64,000 nucleotides of DNA from Candidatus Brockarchaeota archaeon (lineage in GTDB: Archaea; Thermoproteota; EX4484-205; JAAOZO01), in assembly GCA_017601145.1 (NCBI GenBank), contig JAFNIV010000005.1:3815-67814 (forward strand). The letters are read 5' to 3'. Position 1 is the stretch's first letter; each line of letters begins with the position of its first letter. The notes beneath the pieces are model-generated. The model was not told where the DNA came from, ran no database searches, and worked only from the letters and a program-made list of their open reading frames with translations. This document shows positions 58,977-64,000 of this stretch, one piece after another. Made by a program: the position numbers and the translations under genes.

Positions 58977-59417
58977 AACAATAAACACCCTTATAAGAAT
59001 TTAGGAAATATTTCTACGAGTGGCTTTCGTTATTTACACTAAAAGTTTTAATGGCGGTAAAGCAATTCTAAAAATACATCAATTCTTATTTTTACGTTTT
59101 TTTAACGACATAAAAATCTTTGCTTTCGTTGTTGTTAAACATAAGTAAAAATAGATAATAAAATGTCTGTTTTTCTCTATAGACTTTTCTCTATTTTGAT
59201 ATGCCTCAAAAATAGCTTTTATCTTGTTCAAAACATAACGTTGAGCTTTCTTCAGAGGTCTATTTTTGTATATATAGAAATTATAATAAAAGATATGTTT
59301 CACTTTACTGTAAATACGTTAATTGTCTATTCAAAAAAAATGTCTATACGAATCGGCTTTTTGCTATATTTTTTTGAGTAATGTTTTTAACGGTTCTCTA
59401 GCTTAAGTGAGAAGAGA

Positions 59418-61205
59418 ATGGTGTTTAAAGAGCTAATTCCTCCTATAGAACAGATCACAATTGAAAATTTTAAGCTTACCTTTAAGAGAATCATCGAAGC
59501 TAAGAAAGAAGCCGGCTTAATTGCTATCTTAGATAACCCTAAAGATCTATTTGAAAGAGCAAAGCTCTACGGGACAAATTTTAAGAATGGATCTTGGGGA
59601 TGGGCCTCAAACATATGGAGTAGGTCTGCGGCAAATACTGTCGTTGTAGAAAGAGAAGAAGACCTAAAGGAAGAACATAAAATTTTTTTACTAAGAGTTC
59701 TTGAACACATACTTGCTCAAGGACCTCTAATAAAAGTAGACGGTTACGTAGGAAAGCCTGGAACAATTGTTCAAATGCATGCTAGAGTTTATGTTGATCC
59801 TCAATTTCCAGATATAGCTTATAGATGGTTACAGTTAGTTTATCCTGCGCCTCCAGACGAAGAACCAAATGTAGAAGTTTTTGTTATACCTCACTACTTA
59901 GGAAATCCGAAAATTCCGGGTACAGATAAAATGATGGCTGTTGTAAGGTTTCCAAATCATAACTTTACTGTAATAACTTTATCTTCGTATCAAGGAGAGG
60001 TAAAAAAGTCTGTTTTAGCTCACTGGATTCACTATGTTTACAATAAGGGCTGTACTGGAGAGCATGCTGCCTTAAAAGAATTTACTGTTAAAAAGGTTGA
60101 TGGTTCTTGGAAAAGAATAGTTATGGCAATATGGGGTCTTACTGGAAGTGGAAAGTCTACACATAGCTTTTATGTTTGGAACGAAGAAAACTCGAAGGTT
60201 TTCATAGAAAAGTTTGGAATAAATCCTCTTGAATATGTAAAAGACCAAGTAATAAAGAACGATGATATAATAGCAATAGCAGAAGATAGAGTTTATGGTT
60301 CGGAAAGAGGCTCCTGGACAAAGACTGAAAACCTTACACCTGATCAAATCACAATGTGGAATGGTGCTATGAGTCCCAGAGCTCTTCATGAAATAACTGA
60401 GTTTGATGAAAATGGGAATCCTAGCTTTAGGGGAGAAATATTTCAGTACTTTGGAATACCAAATAGAAACTCGAGAAGCGTTATACGTCTTGAAGATACT
60501 GGCTGCTTTGACGGAGATATAGTATCTAGTGGGCCTTTAAATACGGTTGTCTTCATATCTCCAAGTTACTTCACCTCATATGCGTGGATGAAGATAGTTG
60601 ATCCTGCCTTTGCTGTTAAAGTTCTTGCTGATGGAAAAACTATTGGTCATCCTGCACAATCAAAAGATTTAGTTGGACAGATAAGGTATGTTCCAAGATT
60701 TTCCGAGTTTACAATTGGAGTGAGAGATTCCATGCATCTTGCAAGATTTTTTGAATTTCTGAAGAAAAGAACTAAAAATAACCCAATAGAAGTTTTTGTA
60801 TTCACATCAACTGGAAGGATTGGGGCTAAGTATAAGTGGGTTGAGAAAAAACTTGGTGACAAGGTAATTCAAGTTCCTGAACCAATATTAACAGAAAACA
60901 ATGGATTGCCTATACCAAATGGTGGAGCAAAGCCTTCTATCGAAGAAGATGAACTCTTTATACTTCAGTCAACTAGAGGTGCTGTAGACTATAAACCTCA
61001 TCCCATTTGGGGGGAAAGGGTTCTTGTTCCATCTAACATTCCTGGCTTAAAGAGAGAACGTTTAGCTGAATTTGATCCAACTTCCTACTTTACTATGAGT
61101 GAGTTCAAAGAACTTCTAAAAGCTGAAGTTGAAGAAAGTAAGTATTGGCTTAGAAAGAATTGTCCTGATTTACCTGAAGAAATAGTTAATTCAATGGACT
61201 TTTAA
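59418..61205 (+). CDS. PEP carboxykinase (ATP)-like P-loop protein, divergent
   Basis: 595 aa. SSYQGEVKKS parallels SYAGEMKK. GLTGSGKSTHS parallels GLSGTGKTTLS. IKNDDIIAI parallels IGDDEHGW. GSERGSWTKT parallels FEGGCYAK. Confidence 0.5.
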   Translation: MVFKELIPPIEQITIENFKLTFKRIIEAKKEAGLIAILDNPKDLFERAKLYGTNFKNGSWGWASNIWSRSAANTVVVEREEDLKEEHKIFLLRVLEHILAQGPLIKVDGYVGKPGTIVQMHARVYVDPQFPDIAYRWLQLVYPAPPDEEPNVEVFVIPHYLGNPKIPGTDKMMAVVRFPNHNFTVITLSSYQGEVKKSVLAHWIHYVYNKGCTGEHAALKEFTVKKVDGSWKRIVMAIWGLTGSGKSTHSFYVWNEENSKVFIEKFGINPLEYVKDQVIKNDDIIAIAEDRVYGSERGSWTKTENLTPDQITMWNGAMSPRALHEITEFDENGNPSFRGEIFQYFGIPNRNSRSVIRLEDTGCFDGDIVSSGPLNTVVFISPSYFTSYAWMKIVDPAFAVKVLADGKTIGHPAQSKDLVGQIRYVPRFSEFTIGVRDSMHLARFFEFLKKRTKNNPIEVFVFTSTGRIGAKYKWVEKKLGDKVIQVPEPILTENNGLPIPNGGAKPSIEEDELFILQSTRGAVDYKPHPIWGERVLVPSNIPGLKRERLAEFDPTSYFTMSEFKELLKAEVEESKYWLRKNCPDLPEEIVNSMDF

Positions 61206-61381
61206 CTCATAATAAAAGACATCCAAAAATCTGTGATATAGTTGGTTTGTCGCCAATACTGGTAGCTCCATTGTTTCCTCAAGAAGCTTGTCTTTCCTTT
61301 GTAAAGCGATTGCTGTTTTCAACTCTAACTAATCCCTTTTTTAATTAAAAATTACAAATTTTATTCTGAAAATTAAACCTT

Positions 61382-62011
61382 CTATAAAAGATATTTTCCA
61401 GTATTAATAAAGGATGACAACGAAGCTATTCTTGTAGCATGATCACCTATTCTCTCCAAATATCTTATTACTAGCATATCTGCAACAGCACATTTTATAT
61501 CTTTTACCTTACCAGTAGCTACATCCTTTAGTGCTTCGATGAACTTGGCATCTAACTCGCTATCTCTTTTAACTATTTCATTTGCTAGGTCTTCATCCCA
61601 ATTTTTTAGTGTTGAGATACTTGAAGTTAGCATCCATTCTGCTATAGCTAGAGTCTCTTTTACATCTTTTAGATCGCAATTTTCTCTACTTCCAAGAGCT
61701 TTTTGTATTCCGCTTATATCGAAAGCATAACGCCCAAACCTTGAAAGCCTATATGAAATTTCTATTGCAGACTCTATGAATCTTAAGTCTTTCGCAACTG
61801 GCTGGTATCTCAATACCAACTCAAATGCTAAATCTCTAACTTCATCTTTCATCTTCCTAATTTCCCAGCTCATCTTGTAGAGCTCATCACTTACATCCTT
61901 ATTTTCCATGTAAGCGTTAACCGAAAGCAAAAAAGCCTCTTTAGCGAGGCTACCCATTCTGTCTAATAAAACTATAATGTTTTTGATACCCTGATCTATT
62001 AGCCTTGACAT
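61382..62011 (-). CDS. phoU: phosphate transport system regulator PhoU
   Basis: 209 aa. Two PhoU repeats are present, with YQPVAKDLRF, KRDSELDAKF and LERIGDHATRIA. Confidence 0.85.
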   Translation of the reverse strand: MSRLIDQGIKNIIVLLDRMGSLAKEAFLLSVNAYMENKDVSDELYKMSWEIRKMKDEVRDLAFELVLRYQPVAKDLRFIESAIEISYRLSRFGRYAFDISGIQKALGSRENCDLKDVKETLAIAEWMLTSSISTLKNWDEDLANEIVKRDSELDAKFIEALKDVATGKVKDIKCAVADMLVIRYLERIGDHATRIASLSSFINTGKYLL

Positions 62012-62250
62012 TTTAATTGCTTATACTCTTAAAATTCCAAGTAATATACTTTTCGCTTGTTTATCTAGTTAAAAAATGTTCGACAAAAAAATCTTTTAAC
62101 AGATCAGATTTTCTAAGTTATTACGAAACAAATTCCTTATGAAAATTCATAACATTAAGCGAAAAAAGCTTTATGCTTTAGGTTAAGTGAAGAGTCTATA
62201 GAAATCGAGGAGACTTAAACTTAGTTAAGATGAACAAAAACTGTTGAGAG

Positions 62251-62541
62251 TTATGCTTTTTGCTTCAATGCTGGAATTAGTTCTACTTCTGCTCCAGAAG
62301 CCCAACCAGGAAGCCCCTTTTTTAGCCTTACTCTCACGACGCCATTGTTTCCATGAACCGTTATTACCCTTCCCTGTATTTTCTTATCGCCTAATTTTAC
62401 TAGAACTACCCCACCAATTAGATTCTTTGCTTTTTCTCTCGTATCTACTCCTTCAAACTTCACTAAGTATTGTCTTTTGTACTGTTTCTTCATCCCAATC
62501 CTTGGGCCTATCAATATTCCTTTGCTTAAGAAGTTCTCCAT
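62251..62541 (-). CDS. rpl35ae: ribosomal protein L35Ae (eL33)
   Basis: 96 aa. YLVKFEGVDTREKAKNLIGGVV...GRVITVHGNNGVVRVRLKKGLPG matches the L35Ae pattern. Confidence 0.85.
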   Translation of the reverse strand: MENFLSKGILIGPRIGMKKQYKRQYLVKFEGVDTREKAKNLIGGVVLVKLGDKKIQGRVITVHGNNGVVRVRLKKGLPGWASGAEVELIPALKQKA

Positions 62542-62737
62542 AAATTCTTCACCTCTAAGGTTTTATTTCAGCTATGTTTATATCTTTTGCTTTTATAACA
62601 AAAAATTTTATTTTTACGTTTAGTTCTATTTTTGTAGTTGAACTAACTAAAGACAATTAAGTGAAGTTAAAACTTGACATGAAAGGCTAAGCTTCAAGAA
62701 CCAAGAAGCTCTGACTAGAGGCATGAGAATGTCAATT

Positions 62738-64000
62738 TTAGACATATTCCCAAATTCCTTTTCCTCTGTAGTTATATACTATAGTCTTTAATGCTGTTAC
62801 ATATTCTATACTATATCCAATTCCTTCTCTACCTATTCCTGAATCCTTTCTGCCTCCAAATGGATAATAGCCAATTCCATGTCTTGGGTAATCGTTGATA
62901 TAGATTGCTCCAACTTCAAGCCTTCTCATATACTTTCTCAACCTTTCTATGTTTTTGCCAAATATTGCTGCATCTAAACCATAGCGTCTCATATTTGTTA
63001 GTTCTATGGCTTCTTCATCTTTCTCAAAATTTGTTATTAAAGCTACTGGAGCAAAAATTTCTTCTTTGAATACTTTCATTTCAAGCATTTTCTCTTTATC
63101 TTCAACTTCTATCAACGTAGGTTCAATATATGTGCTTCCCATTCTTTTCCCACCGTAGATTACCTCCCCTCCTAAGTTCTTCGCATCTTCGATAGCGTTT
63201 ATCATCTCATCAACGGAGGTCGGCTCAATTAACGGACCAATATTAGTATTCTCATCCCATGGATTTCCAATTTTAAACTTTGAAAGCTCTTCTACCAGTT
63301 TTTTCTTAAGTTCTTCATAAATTGGTTTTTCAACTAGGATCAACTTTATTGCATCGCATCTTTGACCACTGTAGCTTGTAATCCCAATCGCTATTTTACT
63401 TGCACTAAGGTTTATATCTGCATCGCTAAGCACAACTGCAGGATTTCCACCACCCATCTCCATTATTAGTTGCTTTACTCCAGCAATGCTAAGAATTTTT
63501 AGTCCAGTGCTTGTGCTGCCAGTAAAACTTATAACATTAACCCTCCTATCTGAAACTAGCTTATCGCTTTCCTTTCCAGGAATAGTTAGCACAGAAAACG
63601 CTTTATTTGGGAAACCAGACTCCTGCACTAATTTTGCAAAGAGTAAAATTGGCAAAGGGTCGGCAGAAGGGGGCTTAACTAAGAATGCGTTTCCAGCGAT
63701 TATGCTATAAACAAATTTATTTACAGTATCGAACAGAGGATAGTTAAATGGGATTATTCCTAAAACTACTCCATATGGTTCCTTTCTTACAATTCCTTCA
63801 CTTTCTAAAGTATGATCACTCCAATCTCCTGGGACATATTCACCAAAAATCTTCCTTACATCAAATTCAGCACTTCTCATTCTATCTATACTAACTTGGA
63901 CTTCACCTTCAGCCTGCGAGCGAGTTTTTCCACAGTTCTCTATTAAAACCCTTATGAAATCTTCTTTATTTTCTTCCATAAGATCAGCAATTTTATTGAC
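62738..64000 (-). CDS. NAD(P)-dependent aldehyde dehydrogenase (GapN-like), 5' end outside the window
   Basis: EMGGGNP (the ELGGK position) and the catalytic Cys in GQRCDAIK. The frame stays open upstream of the listed Met (VNKIADLMEENKEDF) up to the window edge. Confidence 0.85.
   Translation of the reverse strand, partial: VNKIADLMEENKEDFIRVLIENCGKTRSQAEGEVQVSIDRMRSAEFDVRKIFGEYVPGDWSDHTLESEGIVRKEPYGVVLGIIPFNYPLFDTVNKFVYSIIAGNAFLVKPPSADPLPILLFAKLVQESGFPNKAFSVLTIPGKESDKLVSDRRVNVISFTGSTSTGLKILSIAGVKQLIMEMGGGNPAVVLSDADINLSASKIAIGITSYSGQRCDAIKLILVEKPIYEELKKKLVEELSKFKIGNPWDENTNIGPLIEPTSVDEMINAIEDAKNLGGEVIYGGKRMGSTYIEPTLIEVEDKEKMLEMKVFKEEIFAPVALITNFEKDEEAIELTNMRRYGLDAAIFGKNIERLRKYMRRLEVGAIYINDYPRHGIGYYPFGGRKDSGIGREGIGYSIEYVTALKTIVYNYRGKGIWEYV

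Noticed and set aside
1-64000. Search by eye for tRNA, rRNA, CRISPR arrays, IS elements or integrases.
   Set aside because: I found no T-loop/acceptor-like G+C-rich ~75-nt segments, no regularly spaced direct repeats, and no transposase- or integrase-like ORFs. A proper tRNAscan, Infernal or CRISPR-finder run is still advisable.

Overview
AT-rich archaeal chromosomal segment. Archaeal hallmarks are CDC48/VAT, a HerA-NurA pair, ribosomal protein L35Ae, a TrmB regulator, an AbrB-PhoU regulator and membrane-anchored solute-binding proteins. The exact taxon cannot be determined from the sequence alone. Most of the window is ordinary heterotroph housekeeping: a peptide ABC operon with an M14 peptidase, a BMP-type nucleoside/sugar ABC operon, sugar-modifying enzymes (GH29 fucosidase, NagA, TIM-barrel isomerases, Gfo/Idh/MocA, two Fe-ADHs, class II aldolase), chaperones, and hypA with an Mrp-type ATPase. 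Four things stand out. (1) There are two paralogous pstSCAB operons and three PhoU-type genes or remnants. The divergent copy sits beside an ArsC-like reductase and has a periodic repeat/palindrome operator in its divergent promoter. (2) A ~5.6 kb mosaic, G+C-richer accessory block (about 45.4-51.0 kb) lies directly downstream of pstB2. In it only toxin-antitoxin genes (HEPN/MNT, vapBC) are intact. Everything else is gene debris, including an SNF2-like helicase cut off by a vapBC cassette and a phoU-like tail at the far edge. (3) A ~350 nt, ~49% G+C ORF-poor segment (57.19-57.54 kb) has complementary ends and GNRA hairpins. It looks like a structured RNA (RNase P-like or SRP-like motifs), but I cannot assign its class or strand by eye. 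(4) There are unusual proteins: an MtrA-like/ThyA-like fusion, an orphan EncFtn-like mini-ferritin, a divergent PEPCK-like P-loop protein, and a HerA-NurA pair without Mre11/Rad50. I found no tRNA, rRNA, CRISPR array, transposase or integrase. All protein calls rest on motifs read from the supplied translations plus my own translation of unlisted frames; no database search was possible.
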